Of a DNA stretch of 64,000 bases, positions 11,639 through 24,666 are shown piece after piece; position 1 is the first letter of the stretch; every line of letters starts with the position of its first letter. The notes beneath the pieces were generated by a model that did not search any database, was not told the DNA's origin, and saw nothing but the letters and a program-made list of their open reading frames with translations. The position numbers were made by a program, and so were the translations under genes. Source of the stretch: Methanocaldococcus sp. 16A (GTDB taxonomy: Archaea > AGJL01 > Methanococci > Methanococcales > Methanocaldococcaceae); the NCBI GenBank assembly GCA_049860595.1, contig CP187551.1. One strand, given 5' to 3'.

Positions 11639-11672
11639 TTGGATTTTTAGGATAAAAAAATAATTGAAAATA

Positions 11673-13435
<1,763 letters not shown>

Positions 13436-13443
<8 letters not shown>

Positions 13444-14200
13444 TGTTTCCCCTTTTTATATTTCCAATAATTCTTAACACTGCAAATAATACTATACTAA
13501 TCAAAATCATTCCAACTGATATTGGTTTTGAAGCTCCTAAACCAAAACTCATGAATCTCTCTAATATTAAAACTGGGACGGTTTTTGGATAATAAGCAAT
13601 TATCAATATTGCCCCAACTTCACTGATTCCTCTTGCAAAGCTTAAAATAATTCCTGAGATGATATTATTCTTTATTAATGGTAGGGATATTTCAAAAAAC
13701 GTCCTTATCTTTGAAGCTCCTAAGGTTCTTGATACATACTCAATTTCTTCATCAACACTCAAAAATCCATCTCTTATGCTATTAATCATAAATGGAATTC
13801 CTACAAATAAATAAACAACAACTATTCCCCAGAAGTTATCAACTATATATCTACCAATAAATTTTATAACATCAATACCATAAATGAAAGATAAAATAAT
13901 AATACCTATAACACTGTGAGGTATAGCCATTGGTAAATCTAACACTGCCTCAAGAAAACTTTTAAATTTAAAATCATACCTTGCCAAAATATAGCCAGTA
14001 GGTATTCCAAAAATTAGTGCTATTAAAGTAGCAACAGCCCCAGCTAATAGTGTTGTTTTAAACGCCTCTACAACCTCTTTATCCAATAATAAGCTCAAAT
14101 CTCCAGGATTTGATAACATATAAATGATGGGCAAAAATATGAACAAGAATATCATTACCAAAAACATTGTCATTGCAATATCAAACTTTTCCATGTCCAT
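13436..14200 (-). CDS. wtpB: Tungstate/molybdate ABC transporter permease
   Basis: DLPMAIPHSVIG, EAA-like loop, SFARGISEVGA. Confidence 0.85.
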
Positions 14201-14275
14201 CCCCTTAACGTAATTAAATCACCTAATTTATAAAATTTATGTTAATTGAGATTAATAAACAAGAGGAGGGAAGGT

Positions 14276-15259
14276 ATGATAACCGTTGGAATAGACCATG
14301 GGACTTCTGGAATAACCACATGCATAAAAAATAATGATAAAAAGATAATATTTAAACTAAAAAGGACAGAGCTTAAAGAGAAATCTTATTTAGAAGAACT
14401 AAAGAAACATATTCCATTGGAGGATATTGATTTGATTACCTTAACTTACTCTATGGGTGATGGAATAAACAAAATTCTTTCCATAGAGAAAGTTAAAAAT
14501 AGAGGAGTTTTGAGTATTGAAGGAGCTGGAGAGAAGGTTGGAGGAGGAACAAAGGTTTATGATGAGATTAAAGAATCTGGATTACCAGCAGTTGTTATCC
14601 CTGGGCTACATAGAAATGTTAAATGCTTAGATGAGAGGTTTAGAGCTTTATATTCTCATATAGCCTCACCAGAAAAGGTATCAATTGCTTATTATGCTCA
14701 CAAGTTATTTGGGTTCAATGATTTTGTTTTATCCGATATTTCTTCAAACACTGTAACTTTACTAATAAAAGATGCTAAAATTTTTGGTGGATTTGACGCT
14801 TGCATTGGAGCTATTGGTATTTTACACGGTCCAATAGATTTAGAGATGATTAGAGATATAGATGCTAAAAAAATTACAGCTAATGAAGCATTTTCTAAAG
14901 CAGGGGCTGTTAAAATAGCTAAGCTCTACAAAGGTGTTGAAAACACAAAAGAAGAGATAATTAACAACTATTTTAATGATAAAAATTGCAAGTTGGCAGT
15001 TGATAGTTTAATTTTAAGTGTCTCTATGGAGATTAATAGCTTATTGCCCCTATTAGATAAAAATAAAAGAAGAGTTATTTTAGCTGGCTCTATAGGAACT
15101 TTGAGAAATCCAATAGATATTCCAAAGAGGATTAAAGAGTTTGTTGAGGCAAAAGTATTTGCTTTATATGGAGAGAGTGGAGCTATTGGAGGAGCTTTGA
15201 TAGCTGAGGACATTTTAAAAGGTAAAAGAAATATTTTAGGTATTGAAGTGGAGTTTTAA
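14276..15259 (+). CDS. Methanogenesis marker 12 protein (UPF0285, ASKHA-like)
   Basis: VGIDHGTSG, TYSMGDG, ASPEKVSIAY and DISSNTV motifs. Confidence 0.85.
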   Translation: MITVGIDHGTSGITTCIKNNDKKIIFKLKRTELKEKSYLEELKKHIPLEDIDLITLTYSMGDGINKILSIEKVKNRGVLSIEGAGEKVGGGTKVYDEIKESGLPAVVIPGLHRNVKCLDERFRALYSHIASPEKVSIAYYAHKLFGFNDFVLSDISSNTVTLLIKDAKIFGGFDACIGAIGILHGPIDLEMIRDIDAKKITANEAFSKAGAVKIAKLYKGVENTKEEIINNYFNDKNCKLAVDSLILSVSMEINSLLPLLDKNKRRVILAGSIGTLRNPIDIPKRIKEFVEAKVFALYGESGAIGGALIAEDILKGKRNILGIEVEF

Positions 15260-15997
15260 GTGATAACTATGTATGCGATAGGTTTAGGAGAAGAAAATAA
15301 AAAAGAAATTTTAAAAGCTTATGAAAAATTAAAAGAAGAAGGAATTGAGGTTGAGTTAATTGACAATCCTAAACTGTTAATAGATAATCTATTGGATGGA
15401 GATATAAAAGGAGCTGTTAGGGGCTCTCTATCTTCATCAAAAGTTATTCCCTATTTAAGAGAAAAAATAGGAAAATTTTATAGAGCATCTATTTTAAAAA
15501 ATCCATTTACTAATGAAATTTTTTTACTGTCCCCTGTAGGGATTGATGACATATCAGAGGATAAAAATGAAAGGTTAGAGGATAAAATTAAAATTATAAA
15601 ATATGCCTCTAATTTTTTAAAGAACCATAATATTGAACCAAAAGTTGCTGTGCTTTCTGGAGGAAGGTTGAGTGATTTAGGAAGAAATAAAGTAGTGGAT
15701 GAAACAATATACGAAGCTGAAAAAATTGTGAAGTATTTTAAAGGAGAGCTTGATATAATACATAATGGTATATTAATAGAAGAATATTTAAAAGAGGGAT
15801 ATAATATTATTATAGCCATGGATGGAATTACTGGAAACATAATTTTTAGATGTTTAGGATTAATTTGTAAAATTGAAGGTTATGGAGCTGTTATTTTATC
15901 AGATAAAAATGTTAATTTTATTGATACAAGTAGAAATGCTGATTGGAAGAGGTATTATAATGCCGTCAAATTTTTAACAGGTGGGAGTTTTGGATAA
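15260..15997 (+). CDS. mtxX: Methanogenesis marker 4 / MtxX-family protein
   Basis: AVRGSLSSS, PVGIDD, SGGR and DTSR motifs. Confidence 0.8.
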   Translation: MITMYAIGLGEENKKEILKAYEKLKEEGIEVELIDNPKLLIDNLLDGDIKGAVRGSLSSSKVIPYLREKIGKFYRASILKNPFTNEIFLLSPVGIDDISEDKNERLEDKIKIIKYASNFLKNHNIEPKVAVLSGGRLSDLGRNKVVDETIYEAEKIVKYFKGELDIIHNGILIEEYLKEGYNIIIAMDGITGNIIFRCLGLICKIEGYGAVILSDKNVNFIDTSRNADWKRYYNAVKFLTGGSFG

Positions 15998-16826
15998 TAA
16001 TATAAAAAACAAATTAAAGAGTATTGGAAAACGACTTGCTATTGATTTTTATAGATTTTTAGAAAATTCTGGAGTTTTAAAAATTTACGAAAAGATTTTA
16101 GAAGAATCAATTGATAAAAACAAGCTACCAAAACATGTGGCTATAATTATGGATGGAAATAGAAGAGCGGCAGAGATTTATGGAAAGGATAAATATTACG
16201 GGCATTACTTGGGGGCTGAAAAGGTTAGGGATGTTTTAAGGTGGGCAAGGGATTTGGGAATAAAGGTCGTTACCTTATATGCATTTTCTACAGAAAATTT
16301 TAAACGACCAAAAAAAGAAGTTGATAAACTTATGGAACTTTTTGAAAAAAAGTTTTATGAAATTGCAGAAGATGAAGAAATCCACGAGTATGAGGTTAGG
16401 GTTAAAGCAATTGGAAGGATTAATTTATTACCAAAAAATGTTCAAAAGGCAATAAAATATGCTGAAGATAAAACAAAAAACTACAATAAATTTTTTGTAA
16501 ATATTGCAATAGCTTATGGAGGACAACAAGAAATAATAGATGCTGTAAAAAAGATAGCTGAGAAGGTTAAGAGGGGAGAGATAGAGCCAGAGGATATTGA
16601 TAAAGAGCTGATAGATAAGCATTTATACACTGCTGATTTGCCATTTCCAAATCCTGATTTGATTATTAGGACTTCTGGGGAGGAGAGGATTAGTAATTTT
16701 TTAATTTGGCAGAGTTCTTATTCAGAGTTGTATTTTTGTGACATATATTGGCCGTTATTTAGGAGAGTGGATTTTTTAAGAGCTATTAGAGAATATCAAA
16801 GGAGACATAGGAGGTTTGGCAAATGA
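15981..16826 (+). CDS. uppS: cis-prenyltransferase (polyprenyl diphosphate synthase)
   Basis: IMDGNRR, FSTENF, IRTSGEERISNFLIWQ motifs and RRFGK terminus. Confidence 0.96.
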   Translation: MGVLDNNIKNKLKSIGKRLAIDFYRFLENSGVLKIYEKILEESIDKNKLPKHVAIIMDGNRRAAEIYGKDKYYGHYLGAEKVRDVLRWARDLGIKVVTLYAFSTENFKRPKKEVDKLMELFEKKFYEIAEDEEIHEYEVRVKAIGRINLLPKNVQKAIKYAEDKTKNYNKFFVNIAIAYGGQQEIIDAVKKIAEKVKRGEIEPEDIDKELIDKHLYTADLPFPNPDLIIRTSGEERISNFLIWQSSYSELYFCDIYWPLFRRVDFLRAIREYQRRHRRFGK

Positions 16827-17326
16827 AAAAGAACATAATTATATTATTATTTACTGTTATTCTTTGTTCTGTAACTTTGTGTGGCTGTATCTCTTTTGAA
16901 AAAAATATCTCTGAAAAAAATAAAATAGAATATTATAATATAAAAAATAACTCATATATTAATTCAAATACCTCTAAAAATCAAAGTATTCAAAACACTA
17001 ACAAAAATACAATAGATAATAAAACTAATCTTCCAAAAACATTAAATTATGAAATAATTGCTTATGGAGCTTTTGGAGAAAAAAGTAGAGGATATTATTA
17101 CTATCATGAAGACAACAAAACTATAATAGTTATAAACTTAGGAGAGATGCCAACTGCAGGATATGAAATAAAGATAATAAATATAACAAAAACTAATAAC
17201 AGAATTATAGTTTATTATAAAGTTGTTCCACCAAAGGAATTTGCAGCAATGGTTATAACCTATCCTTATATAAAAATATCAGTAAATGGAACATATGAAG
17301 TAGAATGTAGAGAGGTAAAAGATTAA
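16823..17326 (+). CDS. Lipoprotein with PrcB C-terminal-like domain
   Basis: Lipobox LCGC, Asn-rich linker, GEMPTAGYEI...VITYPY motif. Confidence 0.75.
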   Translation: MKKNIIILLFTVILCSVTLCGCISFEKNISEKNKIEYYNIKNNSYINSNTSKNQSIQNTNKNTIDNKTNLPKTLNYEIIAYGAFGEKSRGYYYYHEDNKTIIVINLGEMPTAGYEIKIINITKTNNRIIVYYKVVPPKEFAAMVITYPYIKISVNGTYEVECREVKD

Positions 17327-17384
17327 TAATTGGCTGAATATAATAATTTTACAGTTTAAAACACTAAAAAGGAGATGTGGTATT

Positions 17385-18185
17385 TTGAGGGTGGAAGTTA
17401 TTTTTTTAGGATGTGGTGGTGGAAGATGGGCAACAATAACACAAAAAAAGGCAACAGGTGGGTTTAGGATACACACTAATGAACTTAGAATGCATGTAGA
17501 CCCGGGGCCGGGAGCAATAGTAAGATTAAACGAGTTAAAAATATCTCCATGGAGAACTAACGCTTTATTTATCTCTCATTGCCATCCAGACCACTACACT
17601 GATGGAGAAGTTATTGTTGAAGCTATAACCCAAGGAATGACTAAAAAAAGAGGGGTTTTCTTAGGAAATCTCTCAGTTGTTAAAGGTTTTGGAGAGTATG
17701 AATATGTTATATCAAAATATCATCAATCTAAGCTTGAAAAAGTTCAGGTTTTATATCCTGGAGATGAAGTAGAGCTGTATGATACAACAATAAAGGCAAC
17801 ACATACAAAACATGGAGACCCATTTGGTATTGGTTTTAGGTTGAAAACAATTTATGGAGATATTGGCTATACATCAGACACTGAGCTAATACCTCAATTG
17901 ATTGAAGACTTTGATGGAGTCAGAATTTTAATAGCAAATATTGTTAGAAAGAAAAATGAAAGGATTAGAGGACATTTATGTTCAAATGATGCTATAGATT
18001 TAATAAACTCAATGAGTAAAAAGCCAGAGTTATTGATAATGAACCACATGGGAGTTAAGATGACAAATCCTCAAATAGAGGCAGAATATATTTCCCAAAA
18101 TACTGGAATAGAAGTTATTCCAGCAAAATTAGGATTGAAAGTTGAGCTTTTAAATGGGAACTATAAGTATCAGTTAATTAAATAA
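17385..18185 (+). CDS. Metallo-beta-lactamase fold hydrolase
   Basis: HCHPDH and YTSDT motifs. Confidence 0.9.
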   Translation: MRVEVIFLGCGGGRWATITQKKATGGFRIHTNELRMHVDPGPGAIVRLNELKISPWRTNALFISHCHPDHYTDGEVIVEAITQGMTKKRGVFLGNLSVVKGFGEYEYVISKYHQSKLEKVQVLYPGDEVELYDTTIKATHTKHGDPFGIGFRLKTIYGDIGYTSDTELIPQLIEDFDGVRILIANIVRKKNERIRGHLCSNDAIDLINSMSKKPELLIMNHMGVKMTNPQIEAEYISQNTGIEVIPAKLGLKVELLNGNYKYQLIK

Positions 18186-19426
18186 TTATGCTTTTTTATT
18201 CTTAAAATAGCAAAAACTCCAAGTAAAAAAACCGCTATTGATGTTATTAGTGTAGCTAAACTACCTCCAACAATTCCATAGGCATTTACCAAAATTAAAT
18301 TTAAAACAACATTTAAAATTATTCCAAATAAAATTATATAAAATGAGATTTTTGCATATCCCAAACCTTGAAGTGCAGAGGATATTAAGGTATAATAACT
18401 CATAAATAAAGAAGAGATTGCTAAAATTCTTAGGCATAAAATTCCTTCTGGATTAGCTATTTTAAAAAATGCTATTAATGGAATTTCTGGAAAAAATAAA
18501 CAACCAATAACAAAAATTGATGAAAATATAGTATTTTGGATAATTCCTTCTTTTAATAAGCTTAAATCCTTTGTCTTAGATATTCTTGGAAGAAGTGGAA
18601 TACTAACAGCTGAAGCAAACATAAATATTCCTCTTGATATTAAAGAAGAGTATCCATAAATTCCGCTCCAAAATCCTCCCATAATGGACATTATCACAAC
18701 ATTATCAATATCTCCAAACAATCTATAAGATGATGAGGTTAAAGCAATAGGGATTGAGTATTTTAAAACCTTTAAATTGAAATCTGAAAAGATATTTTTT
18801 GTTATATTTTTTATATCTACTAATTTTTTAAAGTCTAATTTTCCTTTTAATGCTTTATAAATTAAATACATTCCAAAAATCCCTGCTACTAAATAAGATA
18901 GTGATATTGATAATAAAGAACCAAAAATTCCTAAATATAGGGTTAAAATAAAAACTAAAATAACCTTTACTGTATATTCAACAATCCATGTAAAAGAGAG
19001 ATATTTAATCTTTAACAATCCTTGCAGTATTCCTCTTGAAAAGGCTATTAATGTTGAAGCAACCACACAAAACCCAATTGCTAAGTATAATGAGTTGTCC
19101 AAAGATAAATAATACCCTCCCAATATATATTTTACATAGGGAGTTAAAACAAATCCAAATATTGAGAACAAAATCATTAAATATAATATTGGAATATATT
19201 TGTTAATATTTACCTCTTTCTCCTCAGATAAAAATTTTGCTATAGCTGGAGGAATGCCAGAAGAGAATAAAATTGTTAGAGTATCAACTATTGGCATTAA
19301 ACCTTTTAAAATCCCAAATGCCTCTGTCCCTAACAAAAATGCAGTTATGAAATAAAATAGATATGCCATTCCTTTTGAATAAATATTTGAGATTAATATG
19401 TAAATGCTATCTCTACCTAAACTCAT
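18170..19426 (-). CDS. Wzx/RfbX-type flippase
   Basis: Many TM helices and polysaccharide-biosynthesis (MOP) family pattern. Confidence 0.85.
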   Translation of the reverse strand: MSLGRDSIYILISNIYSKGMAYLFYFITAFLLGTEAFGILKGLMPIVDTLTILFSSGIPPAIAKFLSEEKEVNINKYIPILYLMILFSIFGFVLTPYVKYILGGYYLSLDNSLYLAIGFCVVASTLIAFSRGILQGLLKIKYLSFTWIVEYTVKVILVFILTLYLGIFGSLLSISLSYLVAGIFGMYLIYKALKGKLDFKKLVDIKNITKNIFSDFNLKVLKYSIPIALTSSSYRLFGDIDNVVIMSIMGGFWSGIYGYSSLISRGIFMFASAVSIPLLPRISKTKDLSLLKEGIIQNTIFSSIFVIGCLFFPEIPLIAFFKIANPEGILCLRILAISSLFMSYYTLISSALQGLGYAKISFYIILFGIILNVVLNLILVNAYGIVGGSLATLITSIAVFLLGVFAILRIKKHNYLIN

Positions 19427-19497
19427 AAAAATCATCTTATCCTACTTTTAACTACATAAAATTGTTTTTAATATTTTTAAAATTTGTGGTGAAACTT

Positions 19498-20238
19498 ATG
19501 GGAAGAAAAGATAAAAGATGGATTTTGCAAAGAAAGAAAGATTTTTACTATAAATTAGCTAAAAAACTTAAATATCGTTCAAGAGCTTCTTTTAAATTAA
19601 TGCAATTAAATGAAAAATTTAATGTAATAAAACCAGGAAAAATAGTTTTGGATTTAGGTTGTGCTCCAGGCGGATGGATGCAAGTAGCGAGAGAAATAGT
19701 TGGAGATAAGGGATTTGTTATTGGTATTGACTTACAAGCGGTTAAGCCATTTGAATATGATAATGTAGTTGCAATAAAAGGAGATTTCACCTTAGAAGAG
19801 AACCTAAATAAAATTAAAGAGTTAATTCCAAATGAAGAAAAAAAAGTAGATGTTGTTATAAGTGATGCTTCTCCAAATATAAGTGGTTATTGGGATATAG
19901 ACCACGCTCGTTCAATTGATTTGGTAACTACTGCCTTACAAATAGCTACTGAGATGCTAAAAGAAAGAGGGAATTTTGTAGCTAAGGTATTTTATGGAGA
20001 TATGGTAGATGATTATAAAAATTTAGTTAAAAAATACTTTGAAAAGGTTTATATTACAAAGCCTCAAGCTTCAAGAAAAGAAAGTGCTGAGGTTTATGTG
20101 ATAGCTAAAAGATATACTGGCAAAAAATGGGAAGAAGAGAATAAGATAAAAAGAATTAATAAAGTTGAAGATGAAGGCAATAATGAGTTATTAGTAAAAA
20201 AAATTAAAGAGATGAGGAAATTACACTCTAAGAATTAA
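19498..20238 (+). CDS. rlmE: 23S rRNA 2'-O-methyltransferase RlmE/FtsJ
   Basis: [18 protein letters not shown] and SRKESAEVY motifs. Confidence 0.95.
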   Translation: MGRKDKRWILQRKKDFYYKLAKKLKYRSRASFKLMQLNEKFNVIKPGKIVLDLGCAPGGWMQVAREIVGDKGFVIGIDLQAVKPFEYDNVVAIKGDFTLEENLNKIKELIPNEEKKVDVVISDASPNISGYWDIDHARSIDLVTTALQIATEMLKERGNFVAKVFYGDMVDDYKNLVKKYFEKVYITKPQASRKESAEVYVIAKRYTGKKWEEENKIKRINKVEDEGNNELLVKKIKEMRKLHSKN

Positions 20239-20311
20239 GTGTGAAATATTTTCAAAACATAACTATACCCATTTTTGCCTTTTTTATTTGAAAAATATTT
20301 TGGTGATAATA

Positions 20312-21331
20312 ATGAAGTTTTACAATAGAGAAAGAGAAGTAAATTTTTTAAAAAATTATTGTCTGTTGGAGCCGAATTCTATATTATTTGTTTATGGACC
20401 AAAATCTTCAGGAAAAACTACTGTAATGCTTAGGGTTATTGAAGAATTGTCTAAAAATGACGATATTATATTCTTCTATTACGATTTAAGAGAATACGCA
20501 ACTCCAACAAAAGAGGAATTTTTAGAAATATTTTTTGAAAAAGGTGATAAAAAATACCTACTAAATAAATTTGAATTTAACTTAAAAATTTTCAAATTTG
20601 GAATAGAAGAGAATTTTGATTTTAACAAAGTATCTTTAAATGATGTTTTTACTAAAATAAAAGAAAGTATAAAAGACGTTGTTAAAGATGGTAAAAAACC
20701 TGTATTAATTATTGATGAATTGCAAAAGTTAAAGAATATTTACTTTAACGGGGGTAAATCCTTATTAACTGAATTGTTTAATTTATTTGTTTATTTAACA
20801 AAAGTTAGACATCTCTGCCATGTTATTTGCTTAACCTCTGATACTTTATTTATTGAAGAAATTTATAGAAATTCAACATTAAAAAATGCCTCAGAATATT
20901 ATTTAATAGATTGGTTAAATAAAGAAACTATAAAAAATATTTTAAAAGAAGAAAACTTTAATGAAGAGGAAATAAACTATGCAATTAATTATTTATCTCT
21001 TCCTTATGAAATCTCTCAATTAATCAACAATAAAAAATTAGGATTAACTGTTGAGGAAACTATAAAACAATGGATAAATATTGAATCGGATAGTTTAATG
21101 TATTTAATAGCAAACATTCCTGATGAAACAGATGAAAATAAAATAAATAAAATTTTAAGTATGTTTAAAAATAACATTATGGTTAAAGATTATGAAATTA
21201 TTAAAAAAGAATATATAAAAGAGTTTAAATTCTTAGTTGAAAATGAAATTTTATTTTATGATGTTATTAATGGCATTATTAAGCCTACTTCTATAATTGA
21301 ATGGTTTGCCATTAAAGAAATTATAAAATAA
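20312..21331 (+). CDS. Archaeal ATPase (MJ-type STAND-class paralog)
   Basis: FYNRERE N-terminus, Walker A GPKSSGKT, Walker B IIDELQ, HLCHVICLTSD; SD ggtga. Confidence 0.88.
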   Translation: MKFYNREREVNFLKNYCLLEPNSILFVYGPKSSGKTTVMLRVIEELSKNDDIIFFYYDLREYATPTKEEFLEIFFEKGDKKYLLNKFEFNLKIFKFGIEENFDFNKVSLNDVFTKIKESIKDVVKDGKKPVLIIDELQKLKNIYFNGGKSLLTELFNLFVYLTKVRHLCHVICLTSDTLFIEEIYRNSTLKNASEYYLIDWLNKETIKNILKEENFNEEEINYAINYLSLPYEISQLINNKKLGLTVEETIKQWINIESDSLMYLIANIPDETDENKINKILSMFKNNIMVKDYEIIKKEYIKEFKFLVENEILFYDVINGIIKPTSIIEWFAIKEIIK

Positions 21332-21347
21332 AAATAAAAATTATTAT

Positions 21348-23006
21348 TTATCTATGTGCATAGCAACAAACTACTTCACTATCTTTTTTATCCACTCTTA
21401 CAAATCCAAATCTCTCAAATTGAATAATGTCATCAACTTCAACCATGTTGAAATCTTTTTCAGCAAAGCCCTCTTTTATTTCACCATTAGGCATTAAAAC
21501 TTTAACCTTTACACTATCTTTTACAGGAATCCAGTGTATAATTTTAGCTTTATTTTTTCTTGCTATTTTAAAGTCATCTGAGTGATATTTAGCTAATGCA
21601 ATATCATTAACTTTTTCAACAACTATATTGAAGAGTTCCATTAATCTATACATCTTATTCTCTTCCAACTCATCTCCAACAACATAAACCTCTCCATCAA
21701 ATATTAATTCTCTTTCACCAAACTCTGGTCTATCTGGATGCATTCTAAGCTTTAAAACTCTCTTTTCAACATTTTCAATAACAAGCTTTTTTGGATTCCA
21801 GACAAAGAAGAATCTCCTTGCATCTTTATCTATAAATTCTTTATTTATTGCATATAGGTTTTCCCATGAAAATTTAACATCTGCCTGCTTAATTCCAATT
21901 CTCTTCATTATTTCATATATTGCTTCAGCTTTAATCCCCCTTCTTCTTAAAGCTCTTAATGTACCTAATCTAACATCATCCCATCCACTATAAAGCCCTT
22001 CTTTAATTCCTTTGTACATGGAGGAAGTGCTTAATACAATATCTTCTATCTTTAAAATTCCATAGTGTATAAATTCTGGCATTTCCCAGCCAAAGTATTT
22101 GTAAATATAAGCTTGTTTTTCAGTATTTACAATGTGGTCTTTTCCTCTCAAAACATGGGTCATTCCCAATAAATAATCATCCACAGGCACTGAGAAGTTC
22201 ATTAATGGGTAGACGCAATATTTATCTCCAGTTCTTGGATGTGGAGTTTTTTCTATCCTAAATATTGGAAAATCTCTTATAGATGGGTTTTTGTGCTTAA
22301 TATCTGTTTTTAATCTAACAGCAACATTTTCAAGTTCTCCATTTAACATTTTTTCCCAAAGTTCTAAGTTATCTTCAACAGCTCTATCTCTACACTTACA
22401 TGGGATTCCTTTATTTCTTAGCTCTCTAAACTCTTCTGGATTGCAGTCACAAACATAAGCATGTCCCATTTCAATCAATTTTCTACCATATTCATAATAA
22501 AGCTCTATTCTATCTGATTGAATAACTACTTCATCAACTTTAACTCCTAACCAATCTAAATCTTCTTTAATCATATCATAAGCTTCTGGTAAAACTCTCT
22601 TTGGGTCAGTATCCTCTAATCTTAAAATTAATCTTCCATTATATTTTTTAACAAAGTAATCATTTAATACCGCTGCTCTTGCATGTCCTATATGTAAAGG
22701 CCCTGATGGATTAGGAGCGAATCTCATAACTACCTTATCTTTTACATTTGGTAGCTCTAAACCTTTCTCTTTCTTATCTTTCTTTTTCTCTTCTATATTC
22801 AATTCTTCCAACTTTTTTTTCATTTCTTCTAACGATAGTTTATTGACATCTTCAACAATTTTTTCTATAATTGGCATTACTTCCTTTGCTTTACTTCTAT
22901 ATTCTGGATTTTCTGACAAAAATATTCCTAAAACTGCCTTTGGATTAGCTTTTCCATTATATTTTATGGCATTTCTTAATGCAATTGCCAAAATCTTCTC
23001 TTCCAC
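21348..23006 (-). CDS. gltX: Glutamyl-tRNA synthetase
   Basis: [18 protein letters not shown] and QFERFGF motifs. Confidence 0.97.
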   Translation of the reverse strand: MEEKILAIALRNAIKYNGKANPKAVLGIFLSENPEYRSKAKEVMPIIEKIVEDVNKLSLEEMKKKLEELNIEEKKKDKKEKGLELPNVKDKVVMRFAPNPSGPLHIGHARAAVLNDYFVKKYNGRLILRLEDTDPKRVLPEAYDMIKEDLDWLGVKVDEVVIQSDRIELYYEYGRKLIEMGHAYVCDCNPEEFRELRNKGIPCKCRDRAVEDNLELWEKMLNGELENVAVRLKTDIKHKNPSIRDFPIFRIEKTPHPRTGDKYCVYPLMNFSVPVDDYLLGMTHVLRGKDHIVNTEKQAYIYKYFGWEMPEFIHYGILKIEDIVLSTSSMYKGIKEGLYSGWDDVRLGTLRALRRRGIKAEAIYEIMKRIGIKQADVKFSWENLYAINKEFIDKDARRFFFVWNPKKLVIENVEKRVLKLRMHPDRPEFGERELIFDGEVYVVGDELEENKMYRLMELFNIVVEKVNDIALAKYHSDDFKIARKNKAKIIHWIPVKDSVKVKVLMPNGEIKEGFAEKDFNMVEVDDIIQFERFGFVRVDKKDSEVVCCYAHR

Positions 23007-23189
23007 ATTACCACCTTTAGAACCATTAACTTTAAAAACCTTAACTGATTATTATGGAAAGGATACTTAAATGTAAGTAACCATATTATAATTATGCAAT
23101 TTTAAAAAGCTCATCTTCAATATTAAAGTAATCTGAGCAGTAATAGTTAAATATATAAATATTGTAAAATATTATTGTGGTGGATATTG

Positions 23190-24644
23190 ATGGAAAGTAT
23201 TGAGAAAGTTATGGTTTTTGGTTCTGGGCCGATAGTTATTGGACAGGCAGCAGAGTTCGATTTTTCAGGTTCTCAGGCGTGTAAGGCTTTGAAGGAAGAA
23301 GGAATTTATACTATTTTAGTAAATTCAAACCCGGCAACTATCCAAACAGATACAGACATGGCAGATAAGGTTTATTTAGAGCCATTACATCCAAAAATTG
23401 TTGAAAAGATTATTGAGAAAGAAAGACCAGATGCTATTTTACCAACTATGGGAGGTCAAACTGGACTTAACTTAGCTTTAGAGTTACATAGAAGAGGGAT
23501 TTTAGACAAATATGGAATAAAACTTCTTGGTTCAAATATAAGGACAATTGAAATAGCAGAGGATAGAGAGCTTTTTGCTAAGGCAATGGCTGAAATTAAT
23601 GAGCCAGTTACAAAGTGTAAAGCAGTTAATTCTGTTGATGAAGCTCTTGAGTTTGCTGAAGAGATTGGCTACCCAGTTATTGTAAGACCTGCATTTACAT
23701 TAGGAGGAACAGGAGGAGGAATAGCACACAACAAAGAAGAATTAATAGATATTGCTTCAAAAGGTTTAAAATATTCAATAATTAATCAAGTTTTAATTGA
23801 TGAGAGTGTTTTAGGATGGAAAGAATTTGAGTTAGAGGTTATGAGGGACAGAAAAGATACATGTATAATTGTCTGTGGTATGGAGAACATAGACCCTATG
23901 GGAATACACACTGGAGAGAGTATTGTTGTTTCTCCAATACAAACATTACCAGATGAGTTTTACCAAAAGCTAAGAAATGCGGCTATAAAGATTATAAGAC
24001 ATTTAGGAATTGAGGGAGGATGTAATATACAATTTGCAGTAAATAAGGAAATGACTGAGTATAGAGTTATTGAAGTTAATCCAAGAGTTTCAAGAAGTTC
24101 AGCTTTAGCAAGTAAAGCTACTGGTTACCCAATAGCAAGGATTGCTGCAAAAATAGCTATAGGAAAAACATTAGATGAAATTTTAAATGATGTTACAAAA
24201 GAGACACCAGCAAGCTTTGAGCCAACTTTAGACTATGTTGTTGTAAAAATCCCAAGATGGCCGTTTGATAAGTTCAAGACAGTAGATAAGAGATTAGGAA
24301 CAAGTATGAAATCTACTGGGGAAGTAATGGCAATTGGTAGAAGCTTTGAAGAAGCTCTGCAGAAAGCAATTAGAAGTTTAGACATTGGTAGATTAGGTTT
24401 AATTGGTGATGGGAAGGATAAGGACTATAGTGATGAAGAAATTGAAAACATATTGAAAAATCCAACTGATGAGAGGATTTTTGTTATAGCTAAGGCATTA
24501 GAGAAAGGATGGAGTGTTGAAAAAATCTGCGAATTAACAAATATTGATGAGTTCTTCATTAAGAAGATTAAAAATATTGTTGATATGAAAAAAGAGTTAG
24601 AAAAACTTAAAGAAGAAATTAAGGAATTAAATTTAAGTAGTTAA
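23190..24644 (+). CDS. carB: Carbamoyl-phosphate synthase large chain, N-terminal half
   Basis: [20 protein letters not shown]-grasp, [10 protein letters not shown]. Confidence 0.96.
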   Translation: MESIEKVMVFGSGPIVIGQAAEFDFSGSQACKALKEEGIYTILVNSNPATIQTDTDMADKVYLEPLHPKIVEKIIEKERPDAILPTMGGQTGLNLALELHRRGILDKYGIKLLGSNIRTIEIAEDRELFAKAMAEINEPVTKCKAVNSVDEALEFAEEIGYPVIVRPAFTLGGTGGGIAHNKEELIDIASKGLKYSIINQVLIDESVLGWKEFELEVMRDRKDTCIIVCGMENIDPMGIHTGESIVVSPIQTLPDEFYQKLRNAAIKIIRHLGIEGGCNIQFAVNKEMTEYRVIEVNPRVSRSSALASKATGYPIARIAAKIAIGKTLDEILNDVTKETPASFEPTLDYVVVKIPRWPFDKFKTVDKRLGTSMKSTGEVMAIGRSFEEALQKAIRSLDIGRLGLIGDGKDKDYSDEEIENILKNPTDERIFVIAKALEKGWSVEKICELTNIDEFFIKKIKNIVDMKKELEKLKEEIKELNLSS

Positions 24645-24666
24645 AATAATTATTAGGTGAAAAACT

